The translations under genes and the position numbers were made by a program. A DNA stretch of 64,000 nucleotides, from positions 9,449,709 through 9,513,708 of the forward strand of contig CM119267.1 of NCBI GenBank assembly GCA_051294375.1, read 5' to 3'. Below, one piece after another: positions 24,984 through 42,339 of this stretch. Under the pieces are notes generated by a model. That model ran no database searches. It had not been told where the DNA came from and worked only from the letters and a program-made list of their open reading frames with translations. The stretch comes from Paraspadella gotoi (Eukaryota; Animalia; Chaetognatha). The stretch's first letter is position 1. Each line of letters opens with the position of its first letter.

Positions 24984-25871
24984 ATGACGGAAGTAAACAT
25001 TTGCTTGGCGTGTGACCGTGACTCGCCTCAAGCAGCCGACATTCCGGAGCCGAGACACCTCGTAACTCCCGGCGACCTCATTACGACGGATCCAGGGTTT
25101 ATGCGCGGCCACGGGACCTACGTCGACAACGACCGACTACAGTCCTCCGTCGCCGGCGTCGTGGAGCGAGTCAACAAGCTCATACGCGTCGAGCCATTGA
25201 AAACTCGTTACAACGGCGAAGTGGGCGATGTGGTGGTTGGTCGTGTCACCGAAGTGACGCAAAAAAGATGGAAAATCGAGACGCACGCCCGACTCGACTC
25301 CATACTACATCTCAACTCGGTCAACCTCCCTGGCGGTGAATTGCGCCGTCGGTCCGACGAGGATGAGCGAATGATGCGCGAGTATCTCTGCGAGGGTGAC
25401 CTAATCAGCGCCGAAGTGCAGCAGGTTCACGCCGACGGCGCCCTTGCCCTTCACACCCGCAGCTTGAAGTACGGAAAGCTGGGCCAAGGGATCCTGGTCA
25501 AAGTCTCTCCCTCTCTCATCAAACGGCGCAAGTCTCATTTCCACAGCCTCCCCTGCGGCTGTTCCATCATTCTGGGCAATAACGGCTACGTCTGGATATA
25601 CCCCACCGTCGCCGGCGACGAAGCGAACACCGGGGGATTTTATCAGAACCTGCAACCGGTCGAACTCAAAGACCGGGAAACCATCGCCAGACTCAGGAAT
25701 TGTGTTCTCGCCCTGGCCGATCACAAGATGATGCTCTACGATACTTCCGTCTTGTACGCCTTCGAAGCTTCTTCCGGATACGAAGCTCGAGAACTGCTGA
25801 AACCCAAAATCAAAGAAGAGATATTCAGGGACACGCTACAGAGGCTCGAAGTAGAGGGATTCGTCAATTAA
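24984..25871 (+). CDS. EXOSC2: Exosome complex cap subunit RRP4, single exon
   Basis: LVTPGDLIT..FMRGHGTY, RYNGEVGDVVVGRV, SVNLPGGELRRRS, LHTRSLKYGKL, KRRKSHFH, ILGNNGYVWI. Confidence 0.96.
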   Translation: MTEVNICLACDRDSPQAADIPEPRHLVTPGDLITTDPGFMRGHGTYVDNDRLQSSVAGVVERVNKLIRVEPLKTRYNGEVGDVVVGRVTEVTQKRWKIETHARLDSILHLNSVNLPGGELRRRSDEDERMMREYLCEGDLISAEVQQVHADGALALHTRSLKYGKLGQGILVKVSPSLIKRRKSHFHSLPCGCSIILGNNGYVWIYPTVAGDEANTGGFYQNLQPVELKDRETIARLRNCVLALADHKMMLYDTSVLYAFEASSGYEARELLKPKIKEEIFRDTLQRLEVEGFVN

Positions 25872-25937
25872 TACATTTTTCGCCGACTGATTTTTTCCAT
25901 ATTTGTTTTGTTAAATATTCGGTTTCCTTTTAAGGTT

Positions 25938-28900
25938 ATGGAACCGAAGGTCTTAAAAAGTACATTAAAGAACGCCCGAGAAGCGGTGAAAAATAAAAAT
26001 TATCAAGAAGTTTATAAACTCGCGAATGAAATTTTACAGCATGACCCTAAAAATTATCATGGCCTCGTCTTTTTGGGAATTTCTTTGCCCGAAGTGGACC
26101 CTTCCGCCGTCAAGGCCGCCGTCGACTCTTACAAGGAAGCGGCCGTTGTAAGTCCCGATCAACCGCTGGCTTGGCAAGGGCTCGCCACTCTTTATGAAAA
26201 GAATCCGATAAAAGTTTATCAGGAAGCTTGTGTGAAAGTTTATGAAAGACTCATGTCGATCTACGAAAAGGCGGGCGGAGAAATCATGGAAAAGTATTTC
26301 GAAGTCGGCATCAAATTGGCCAAACTTCACCTCAATCGCAAGAACATGCTCGGAAGCGCGGAGATGTTCGAAAGCCTCCTTAGCCGCTCGGAGTCTGAAA
26401 ATGTGGTGCCAAGAAGAGCGAAAGTGGCGAAAGTCGCCTCGGATTCTCTCGGTGCACTCATCGAGCAACTGCCTAAAGAGCAAGGGGCGTTCGTTGAAAA
26501 AATATTCATGACGCTGGTCACGGACGACGCCTTGGACGAAAGCGAGAAGCTTCCTTACTACGAACGATTGATTCGTGCCATGATCAAAAACGGACGAGAT
26601 GCAAAAGACGTTGTCGGTATGACACGCGCCATGCATGCCAGCTTCCCCGATACCCGATTTCCCCTGGAGATTTTAATTCACTTCGAGTTGAGTCTAGGAT
26701 TGGAATCACTTCCGGATCTCGATAAACTCGAAGAGCTGAGAGATGAAATGCGAGCGGTTAGTCCCGACTCGTACCTGATTCGTCTAGTCGACGGCGTAGA
26801 TTCCTTCGCAACGAAAAACTTTCTCCGGGCGCGAAACGATCTCAAGGCTGGCCACGACGCGATCTTCCCGAAAATCCACGTCCCGGGAGCGGTGTTTTTG
26901 GCTAAAACGTACAACGCGGTCCACGACCATCCCGCGGCACTCGCGATGGCCAAGACGGTCAAAAAGTATTTGCACGATTCGGGAGGAGACTCGGACATCG
27001 AGTCGGCCTTTGTCTCGAAGCAACGTATCATTACCTCCCTTGATTTGATCGTGGCTCATGCCACTATCGAGGGCGGCGGCTCGGAAGAAGATATCGTTTC
27101 CTCCATTAGCGCCTTGCAGGAACTGATGGCGGACGCTTCGAATAAGTCGGCCGATCCCTTGTCGGCTTTCGGTTTTTCCATCCTCTCGGAGGAAAGGATC
27201 GAGGAAGTTATCGGTATGGCGAAGGCTAACGGCCTTGAAGGGAACGGGAGTTTGTTGATCTTGGAAGGCGTTTTAATGGTTAGACGGAAGCGTTTCGATT
27301 CTGCTCTCGAATTATTTTCTGCTGCCGTCGAGATTAACCCAGAGAACGGTCAACATCATTTTTGGCGAGGAAGAGCGATTTGGGAGAAGGTTGACGGAAA
27401 CGCGGAATTAGAAGAGTGTTTCTCCGAGCTTCTGTTGGCTGCCAAATTGGATCCTTACTACAGTCCGACGTTTCTATATCTCGGCCATTATTACGCGCGA
27501 ATACAAGAAGACGAGGGAAAGGCTCTTAAATGTTACCAACGCGCTTTCGAATTGGATAACTGCAATTCGGAAGCCGGATCAAATTGTGTAGACCTCATGG
27601 TGGCAATCGGGCAAAGCGAGCAGGCATTTCAACTTGTTCATGGTGTCACCAGATCTCTTGCGCCTGATCGTGCCAAATGGGCCTGGCTGCGCTTGGCCGT
27701 TCACTACCTTAATGTTGGAGAAAACGACGCGGCCGTCATGACTCTGCAAGATCTTTTAAAGGCGGATTCCGGAGATTGGATAATCTGGGAATGTCTCGGA
27801 GAGGCGTACACTAACAGAGGCTCGTACATGGCCGCTTTAAAATCTTTCGAACGCGCACTCGAATTGGAGCCTCAAGCTTCGTTCAGCAAATTTCAAAAAG
27901 CGCGAATCAAACAATTGACGGGCGCCTTTCTCGAAGCCAAAAATGATTACCTAAAAATGCTCGACGATGACGACCCCGATTTTATCCCTGCCCTTAAGGG
28001 TCTCGGAGAAACGCTGATCGAATTAGCCAAGATCGCTCTCAAACACTTTTACAATGGCAAGGCGGTTGACTTGTGTCATATAGCTATCGAAAAACTCACC
28101 CACGCTGCGTCCCTGAGACCTGATCTAGTCTGTGTTTGGAAGTTGCTAGGAGACGCTTGCACTCTTCTTCATATTGTTCCTGACCATCTTTGTGAAGTGC
28201 GCCTGCCGGCCAAGCTGGCGCACGACCCAACCGAAACGCAGCGGACTTGGCGCGTTCGGAAAACCTTCGCTTTTCAGACGACCTGGGATTCCGGAGAAGC
28301 TTCGCCGGATTGGAACGAACCGGCGGACACCATCGACGAGGGAGCGGCTAAAGAACAAAGGGTCAGGACGAAGAGAAGGAGAGGGGCCAAAGAGGATGAG
28401 GTAAATGGATTTGTTCTTTGAAATTTGATATTGATTGAATTGAAATTATTAATATAAAACGATAAAACGACTTACCACTGTTATCAGCACATTACCAATT
28501 TTAAATTTTGTGAAGTAAAGAGCGTTAAGATTTTTGGTAGAGCTTTATTCGTTGTTATGAAATATATTAATATAATAAAGATAAATAAATAATAGAAAAA
28601 ATTGCACTTTTGTTCATTAGCTTTACATTTACAAGATATTTCTTTAATTTTAAACTCTAGCCTCCCTCGGATCCAACTGGCGAAAAAGTTATTTCTAAAC
28701 TAGGACTTCTCTTTATCGGAAATCGATGTTATCGACGCGCGCTAAAACTCCAAGGGAAAGAGGACGCTGGACTACTTAGCGATCTAGCGTACAATTACTT
28801 CGCCCAGAGCGAACTCGTCTTGGACGAGGATATCACCGCCAAACGGGATCTGGCGACTAACGCTCTTGATTTATTAAAAGAAGCTGTGATAATTGATCCC

Positions 28901-31900
28901 TACAATCACCTATGTTGGCTCGGATTAGGTCTGTAAGTCGGTGACTACTGACTAAGTATATTTTTTCTGACAAAAAACATTTAATGATTTTCTGTCCTTT
29001 TTGAATAAAGGAACCGTTGCATCTTGCTCTCCCGATCCTGTGCGGCAGCTGCCTTTGGCCCAACACGCCTTTATCAAATCCATAAATGTGGAAGCTAACA
29101 ATCCCGTAGCCTGGACAAATCTTGGCGCTCTTTATTTGTTGCACGGACCCAAGGACAAAAAGTTGGCTCATTTGGCTTTCAAAGCTGCTCAAAACCTCGA
29201 TCCGGGGTAAAAGTAAAAAAGTGATGAGCATTGACCAGGGATTCTACATTTATATAATATTATGAAAATTTGCAAAATTACTTGTTTCACTATTTTATTT
29301 TTTTATATTTTTTTATAAATGCTTTACTATTTAATCTATATTATTTAATGAAATATATATTGATTTTTAAAAATGTTATACTTTTCATTATATCTATTTA
29401 TTTAATTTTATATTCAGCTACGTCGGTGGCTGGGTCGGACAAGCTTTAATCGCTGAAAGTATTGGAGATCCCGAAGCCATGGACCTTTTTCGCGTAACCG
29501 TCACAATGGAAAATAATTCTATTCACAGTGAAGGACTCCTGGGTTACGGTCACTGGGTTTGCAAGATGTTGTTGCGCAGAGGAAAGCAGAACCGGTGAGA
29601 TTTATGTATTATTGATATTACAATCAAACAAAATAGAAGGAAATCTGTTTTGCCAAAATGAACCACTAATCTCAGCTGTTTGCTGTTAGATCCGCGGAAG
29701 ACCTAAATGATTCGTCTTGTCTCCCCGAGTTTCATCTTCGGTACATCTTCGAAAAAATGGGCGCGATTCACGTGGCTGCCGACGCCTTGACAAAGTTTTG
29801 CGACAGGTATCCCGAGCACGTCCCTGCCGCCACCATGCTGAGTTTGCTACAAGAGCGACAATTTCTCAAACAATCCGCGGCAAATGGCTTAAACCGCGCT
29901 CTTGAAAGTCTTAAAGGTTGGCTAATTATTGTTTTTTATACGTAATTATATGCAATTTGACGCATTCATTAACAATTACTCATTGCTTCTAGGAATCGGT
30001 CTCGCCGTGAAGAAAGAACTAGAAATAGTTGGGTCCAACTTGGCACGCGTACTTTGTTCCTTGAACAAGAGTCACGAAAGTATTGTTCAGTACAAACAAT
30101 TGCCCGATATTGAAAATAACTTGTTTCAACTAGCCGGATTCGGCCTCGCACTCTTCAAATCGGGTACAGACGACAATTTGCATACGATCCATTTATTTTC
30201 ATTTCTTAAAGTAAGAAGCCTGCTGAATTCTATTTGTTTTTGTCAAGGACAACTCATGGAATCTTACGTCGTTTTCGAAAAATGTTGCGAACTCGCTCCG
30301 GAACGCTTTGCCGCATGTCTGCAAGCCTGTCTTGGCATGGTATCTCACAAGTACAACGATATTGAGGGCGCCAAAACCTGTCTCTTTAAATGCATCGAAA
30401 TCGATCGTAATTTCTTGCCCGGGCTTGTGGCTCTCGCTTCAACCGGTGTGTGAGAATGTTCGGCTATCAATAACCAGCTTTAATTTAATTAGTATTTATA
30501 AATTGAGTGGTTTTTGTTCATAGGCCTCATTCATGATGACCTCGATTTATGTATGGCCGCCTTAGAAGAATTATTAAAAGCATCGGCTCTTCCCGAATCG
30601 ACTGTAGTTGAAGTGGCTCGGCTTTTTGCTCCTCTTTTGATAGAACATGGGGACTATAAAAGTGCGAAGGCAAGTACAAGTAGTTTACGTTTTGGAATCC
30701 CAGTGTTAACTATTTATAAATACATTCAAAGTAAATCGTTAAGTTATTTTTTTGTTTAGAATCACATACAAAAGGCTATCAAAAAGTATCCTTCGTCTTC
30801 AAAATCGTGGGCATTTTTGTCTCAATTTATACTTCGGTATTCGAAAGGTATTTATGTTGTGATTATTGTAGTGATATTACATCAATGCAGCTTTTTCTAT
30901 CTGATAGTCCGTATTTTGTAAAATTATTTTAGACGAGTGCGCTCTCGCGTCCGTTGCGGCACGGAGCGCTCAAGCCGTCGACGCCAAGAACGATGAAGCC
31001 GTTTTGTTGGAGAGTCTCGGAATGCTGGTCGGCGCTTCGCCGCTTGAACCGCCTCTCTCTGATTCTAGAAGGCGGGCCAAACAATCCAAGTCTGCCATCA
31101 TGGCCGCCGCCAAAGCCGTCCATTTGCATCCTGACAAATCTGAATCTTGGGCCTCGTTAACCGGTAAGATATGTTTCTTTAGTTTCTTCTCTTTTTCTTT
31201 CCATTCAAGTATCTTGTTAAATAAGTTATTCGAATACGTACATCAAGTATTCAGCTTTAAATGTTTTAATTTTCAAGCATTAACTAACATTTCGAGCATT
31301 TTAATTTATCAATATTAGCACCGGTCCTACTTTTAAATTCGATGCAAAGTCAGAATTGGGAAAATAGTTCCGCATTTGTTAATTTGAATTTATTCTTTAG
31401 CTTCAACTTATATGATGGACGTACTTCACCGATTATCTTCCTGTGATACATCTCTTGTTAAAGAGGGTGCAACTCTGGCCGCTTCACGATCAGCCTTTGC
31501 AATTGCCGCTTCAAAATCTTCAAATTTTCTTTCGCAGGTGGGTACGCATTAAAATTTCTATAGAATTATGGTATATCTATGTATAAATAAAAAGGTAAAG
31601 TTATAGACAAGTTTAAAAATATATTGTTTTTAGGTGTCGTCAAACAACCGGATGTATTCCTTCATTGGAAAACAGCACGTGCTCAATTTAATTCGATCCG
31701 GTGGAGATTCATTGAGAGAAGCGAAAAAAATTATAAACGTTCTTCAGGAAGGAAATAACTTGGAGACGATGGGCCCTATTCTTTCTCAGTTGGAGGTCCT
31801 CGTAAATAAGGGAATAAGTAATCGAACCGTCGAATCCTTCAAAGAAGCCGTTAATTGGGATAACGGCCTCTTTGGAAAGCAACTGCTCCTTCAGATTTTC

Positions 31901-32526
31901 TCTCATACGAAGGCAGATAAGGTAAATTTTTTTTCCTATTTCACTCTTTATGTCAAAATCGTTGCTAATTTTTTTAAAAATATTTTTATGTCAGGAGATT
32001 GAAGAGCTACTGCAGTCCTGCGTATCGAGTGACCATCCATCGAAACTAATCTTTTGGTCACTTATTCTCGTAAGGGCCTTCTCGGATCTATCTCAAGCTT
32101 CAGATCCATTCACAGCAAAGACACCCGAAGCGCAGAAATTGCTTGACCTGATTTCTAACTCCCACTTCAAAGAGTTGGAATCAAATCTGGTTCATCTTAT
32201 TTGTGGAATAGTTCTCTTTAAGTCCAACATCAAACAGGCTCAAAAATACCTGTTCAAAGTAAGTAAAGAGTCTATCACAGTGGTTTCTCTTTCTTTTACT
32301 ATTTCCTTTAATTAAAATTCCATGCTTTTTAAAGGTTCACAATGCCAATTTTCCACCTCCTATGTCGGATGTGCCGAGGAAAATTGCTCGACGACTGTTA
32401 ATCAAAGTATTAGCAGGAAAAAAAGAAAAAGAAAAGGTTTCTTTAGCATCCTTGCTAAAGGTAGCCGTAAAAGACGGTGATAAAGAATTTGTTGCAATTT
32501 ACGATAACATTGTTCCTGCCATTTAA
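25938..32526 (+). CDS. SKIC3: Superkiller complex TPR scaffold SKI3 / TTC37, about 14 exons (first exon 25938-28400)
   Basis: MEPKVLKSTLKNAREAVKNKNY, PDQPLAWQGL, LLAAKLDPY, AKWAWLRL, WECLGEAYTNRGSYMAALKSF, RPDLVCVWKLLGDAC, LAQHAFIKSI, AWTNLGALYL, EAMDLFR; stop TAA at 32524-32526. Confidence 0.92.
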
Positions 32527-32778
32527 AACATTTTGCTGTGATTTTCTACTTTTGTTTGATAATAAACCTAATTAATTTATTTCGATATTTTTTTTAAAAA
32601 AAAGGTGAAACTTAATAGTAACTTAAAAAGTTTTTACAACTATTATTAATTAAAAACAAAAGCTAGATATTTAGTTTTATCTCTATTGTTGACAATTCGT
32701 GCCAGTTGCGTATTGATCGAATTTATTCCCCAGTTTTGTGATTTTAATAAAATTTCGAACTGAATTGAAGTTATAATC

Positions 32779-34216
32779 ATGTCCGCATCTCGCGTCCCCG
32801 AGCAACTTGGCGCGCAATCCAGCGTGGCGCTCGGAATCAATTCTGTTCCCCAGCAAGTCTCGTATTACGCTCCCGTTCCGATCGGAATGGCACCTCAACA
32901 GGTGTCCTACCAGAATAACGGCATCGCTCAAAGCATGTTGTTGGCGTCGGCCTCTACCGGTGCATCGGACCCGCGTTCCACGGACGGCCATGTTACGCAA
33001 GGCGGAACCTGTTTTCCGAAGCGCATCTTCGTCGGCGGTTTTCCTGCCCAGACGACGGAAGCAGAGCTCAAGCATTATTTTTCCCAGCATGGTTCCGTCA
33101 CTGAGACCAAAATAATCCAAGATCGCGCTGGTGTTTCCAAGGGCTACGGGTTTGCCACCTTCGAAACCGCTGAAGAGGTCAATTCTATTCTCGCCAAAAG
33201 TCAGAAAGAGCCGTTTATTTTTAAAGACAGGAAGTTGAATCTTGGACCCGCCATTCGCAAGAATACTGCTCCTACTGCCGCGACGGGGCAAATCCTTATG
33301 TACGCGCCAAACACTGTTCCGATCAACAATGAGGCCGGACAGACTGTCTTTATGACCGGTATATAGGCGATTGATGTTTTCGATGATGTTACTTCGTTTT
33401 TACCTTTTTGTCATTTAAACACTGTCAGCACCCACGACTATGCAGTTGGCGGATGGGGCATTCAGCCCTTATCCTACGGTTCCGCTTGTAGCAACAGCTG
33501 GGGCTCCCGCCTTTTATTTGCCTCAGCAATTGTGCTACATGCCGCAGCAGCAAGTGGCTAGTGTCAATGCTATTCAAGTTCCTCAAACTATTCAGGTAAT
33601 CGTACTCTCCTTTTAGTTTTGTTTAGCCCTCACTTTTGAGAAGTCTTCTGTGATTAAAGTTAATTTATTTGCGCCCACTTTTCCGTCATATTAGGCTTCT
33701 ACTCAGCAAACGTCGTACCATTTTCGAAGCACGCCTCAGAGCCCTCCTACTCCTGGCGGGTGCCCAATAACTCCAGTCAGTTGTCATTTCACGCCCGGGG
33801 CGCCGTCTTCAACCTCCGACTTCTACAGCGGAGACTTCGATTCGAACCAAAATGAAGAAACCAATAGCTCAACTTGGGGAACCTTTTCCTGGGGATCGCA
33901 GATGACCTATCCCTCGACGGAAGTCGGCGGCGTTAACCTTGCCCGCGAGCTGGATGCCGCAGCTGATCCATTTACTATTCCCGATCCTCCAATCTCTTCC
34001 TCGACCCACGATCCTAAACCGGAAGTAAAGCTCAGCGCGACGGTCAAAAGTGGCGGCAGCGGGTACGTTAGTTCCGCCTCCAGCAACGCTAGTCTCTATG
34101 GGAACAACAACACCAACAATAATAATACCAACGGCAATGATGAAGCTTTGGTCGGGTATCAAAAGTCGGGGGCTCTCGCTGGAGGTATCTCGACGGCGGA
34201 TTGGAGCTCTTTTTAA
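32779..34216 (+). CDS. BOLL: BOULE / DAZ-family germline RRM protein, 3 exons (32779-33358, 33429-33595, 33695-34216)
   Basis: DAZ-type RRM: PKRIFVGGF (RNP2), IIQDRAGVSKGYGFATF (RNP1), RKLNLGPAIRK; followed by a P/Q/Y-rich region. The C-terminal exon choice is less certain. Confidence 0.88.
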
Positions 34217-34428
34217 ATTATGAGGAAATTCCTAGAGCTGTCTTGAAAGAAATAGTAGTTAGTGTTAGCAGACTTTTTCGCCTATCCTAAGGAACCAGAT
34301 TCGTTACATTTTTTTTTTTAATTTTGGGAACTAAGACGCGAACCATTCAGAACCAGATTACCTCAGCTTAACCGGATGAATCGGAAGTTATCGGATCCTG
34401 GTCCCGACACAGTAGGAGTTTCCTCATA

Positions 34429-34980
34429 ATGGAAAATTTATGGGCAGCTGTTAGTCAAGAATCATCCTCGGAACCATCTACCGATCTCCCAAATGAGTTA
34501 ATACCCGCCAATTGTCCATTGCTCGTAGAACCAAAATTGGCCCAACCCCTATACCGACGACGATCTGATGATTTTCAAGGATCCGATTTTTCCAAAAGAC
34601 CTCGTGATGAAGAACATAACCAATCCTTAGTCCCCAAGAGCTTAAACGATTTTTCTGCCCCAATTAAAGAACAAAGTCTCGAGACAGATCCTATTCACCG
34701 CCCTAATAAAAGGTTAAAAACCGACTCTTGCTTGGATGAACAACCGATTATTGATGCCGATTCAGTGTGTTTAGGAACAAGCTTAGTACCGTTTTATCCG
34801 ACAGTCTACGGCGACTTCATCGACTATTCCTCGTGCCCTTACGTAACGATGATTCCAATGATACCGAATCAATTCCCTATTAGTTCGTCCGCAAGTGATT
34901 TATGTACAACTGTAAATATTGAAAAAAGTCACGATGAAATTCTTGAAGCCACCGAATCTGAATCTTTACTCGTACCTTAG
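34429..34980 (+). CDS. Orphan 183-aa ORF, unknown function (S/P/E-rich, two basic NLS-like clusters)
   Basis: ATG-initiated 552-nt ORF in otherwise stop-rich AT DNA; in-frame stop upstream at 34369; contains SKRPR and PNKRLK; no family recognised. Confidence 0.45.
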   Translation: MENLWAAVSQESSSEPSTDLPNELIPANCPLLVEPKLAQPLYRRRSDDFQGSDFSKRPRDEEHNQSLVPKSLNDFSAPIKEQSLETDPIHRPNKRLKTDSCLDEQPIIDADSVCLGTSLVPFYPTVYGDFIDYSSCPYVTMIPMIPNQFPISSSASDLCTTVNIEKSHDEILEATESESLLVP

Positions 34981-36336
34981 GTTACTTAGGTTGAGTTTCC
35001 TTTGAAATCATGTCCAGAGATACTACAGATGTTTGCGGGTAGCAATTTAGAAATTTTATTATTATCGTTTGTGTCACGTTTCGATTTGAGTGTGATAATG
35101 AATTTGTTTATGGTGCATTTCACCAAAGCCCATTAAAAGGATTTATAATTGGGCGTTTTAAGATTTGACACACCTTCAACCTACTTAGTACTTTTTTGTC
35201 ACGTTAACCACTCAGTTTGTTGGTTTTCCTTTCTTGGAGATAAGAAAAAAAAATTAGTTGAAGACGGCAGGGAGATCTTTTGTTTTCGGAGTTTGGTTAA
35301 TTTTTTTAGGAAGCTTTAAAATTTAAATTGAAAATTGGCACTTCATCTGACGACAAGTCAACGTGAAAAAGAATAATAAGTGGCTCATAGTACTAGAATT
35401 TTTCTCTTCTTTAGAGTCTAGAAATTAATTAGTTATTTATTCTTTCATTACAAGGTTCAATTTCATTCGAGCTTAATTTTCTATATAATAAATATTTAGA
35501 AAACACAATTCAAAAAAGTCTTATCTTAAATTAGTGTAAGTGTTTACCAATTTTCTTAAAGTATAAATTTAAACCATTTAAACTATTGTAAGACTTTTTA
35601 AATTTATATTTAAAATTTAATCATTTTAGGCGCCAACCATTTTTTTAGTTAACGATTGGTGTGCTAATCAATATCTTGAGTAAATTCAGAAGTAATTTTT
35701 TTTTTAAGTTTTAACTGGCACGCTTCAAATTTCAATTTTGTTCACCATCTTTTAAAACTGAGGATGGAATTTTTTTTATTTTTGCGTCGGCTGGTTTTAT
35801 TAATTGTAAATAGTTAAAAAACAAAATTCGAGCAATTGAACCACCAAACCGCCTACCTCCAAAGAAAAACAGTTATGTATGATTTTACGCCTTTCACGAA
35901 GTGATTTTCGTGAAATTGTTTAAAACTTAAACAATTTTTTCAAAGCTTTTTAAGGACATGTTTCTTTTTATATTTTTCGCGTCGTTAGTTTAATGAGTTC
36001 CAACGTTTGAATTAAAGCGAGTTCTTTGTTTCGTTAGCCGAGTTTATGCGCTTGTAAACTCGTATACCAAATTCAGATTTTTTTTCGCCTGACGAGTTTA
36101 TCCTTAGGTGGCGTATCTTTGTTATTCAAGTTTCAGAAATATTCTGATTTCTACGTGCCATCCTCTTTGCCAATGTTTATACATAAATTTATGTAAATTT
36201 TAGCCGTAGATAAAAGTAGGAAAGCTTAATTGTATGAGATTACATGTAGATAGCTATTTTATCAATTGCTCTTTTGAATATAGAATCAGAGAATTAAATA
36301 TTTAAGATCCGAAGACTTTTGCCCAAAAAATTCCCA

Positions 36337-41078
<4,742 letters not shown>

Positions 41079-41694
41079 TCATATTTTTGTTCCGTATTAG
41101 TCCGTTCATGTTGTTCCCGGTATTTTATTTTACTTCATAGTTGCTCATAATCTCTATTTTTATTACTTCAAGTGAAGATTCAAGTAATCCTATTTTAGGA
41201 CAAGTAGAATTGAGGTATTAAATACCAACGGGGCAATTATGACGTCTCAGAGTTTTGACCGACCGGCAAGTTTTAGAACTTATTAAATTTTAATTAAAAC
41301 GATCCAGTTTGTAGAATTCATCATTTGTTAGATTTACTATTTGCAAATTGAATATATAATTATATATTATATATCCTTCATATTTTCATCAGAATTATGA
41401 TGCTTCTAAGGCTTTGTTTTAAGATTGCCGGATTGTTCATTTCTTGCAATATCATTTCTTCATTTGGAGGAAGAGGGCCACAGATTGGCTTCTTTTGTTT
41501 TAGAATTTCGAGTTTTTGTTTATTTAATTAAAGGAAAGTTCCTTTTTTGTTTTCTAAAAGATTTTTCCGAGTTTTCTCTTTTTAGTCACACCGGGTTCTA
41601 ATAATCCGTAACAGTATTCGAGAATTCCTTAATAGTAAAAATGAAAAATCATCCCCATCTTCTTACAGCAGAATTTGTCGGTCCCACCCCAACA

Positions 41695-42122
41695 TCTTTT
41701 CGGTAAGTTACTGAGATCATGTCAGAACATCGAATTAAGATGTATTATGCAAAAAAATCAATGTGCGTCTTTGCTTGTCCATCCATCCGTCTGTCCCTTC
41801 TTAGCTTTAAACGCCAATTACTATTTAGTGGAGTGGGCGATTTATTTGAAATTTTGTGCATGTGTAAAGTGTGTGAATGAGCTGGTAATAAGTTTCGATG
41901 GAATCGTCCAAGTGGAAATGAGTTTAAAACGGAAAAAAAAAGTTTTACTATTTGATTATGCTTTTTTTAATATAAAAAAAGCAAATGTAAGCTGAATTGA
42001 TATAAAAATATAAGATCAAAATTAATTAATTAATTAATTAATTATTTAAATAATTATCTGATCAGCTGCTTACAGCTTATGGATCGTTGGCAGATCTGGC
42101 ATTGTTTGCTAAAACTTGTTAA
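41695..42122 (+). mobile_element. Possible HINE/DINE-like non-autonomous element
   Basis: Internal GTCCATCCATCCGTCTGTCC microsatellite, atttatttgaaattttg block and 3' end ..ctaaaacttgtt resemble Helentron-associated elements; only one copy in the window. Confidence 0.3.
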
Positions 42123-42339
42123 ACTTCCTTGCTTCCTTCCTTTCTTACTGTAAGGGAGTGGATAGGGTTCCTTAAAATTTTTATCACGTTAGTATCCTCT
42201 CGATTTCTTGTTTATTCATCTATTTTATTTAAACAAATTGAAAAAAAAACATTTTTTCATAACCCGGCTGGTTAGAACATACATTATTCCTGACGGTTTG
42301 TATTTTTTTTTTGATACTTTATTTGTAGTTCAAAAAATC

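Noticed and set aside
25878-25890. tttcgccgac in the EXOSC2-SKI3 spacer matching the MITE TIR core
   Set aside because: It is only 10 nt with no partner TIR or TSD, so it is likely chance.
25908-25937. TTG/GTG starts and N-terminal extensions in the ORF track (e.g. SKI3 25908, DEGS1 1988, PIWI 36319, CACHD1 18584, PLA2 42208)
   Set aside because: The track uses bacterial-style starts and ignores introns; homology begins at downstream ATGs or splice acceptors.
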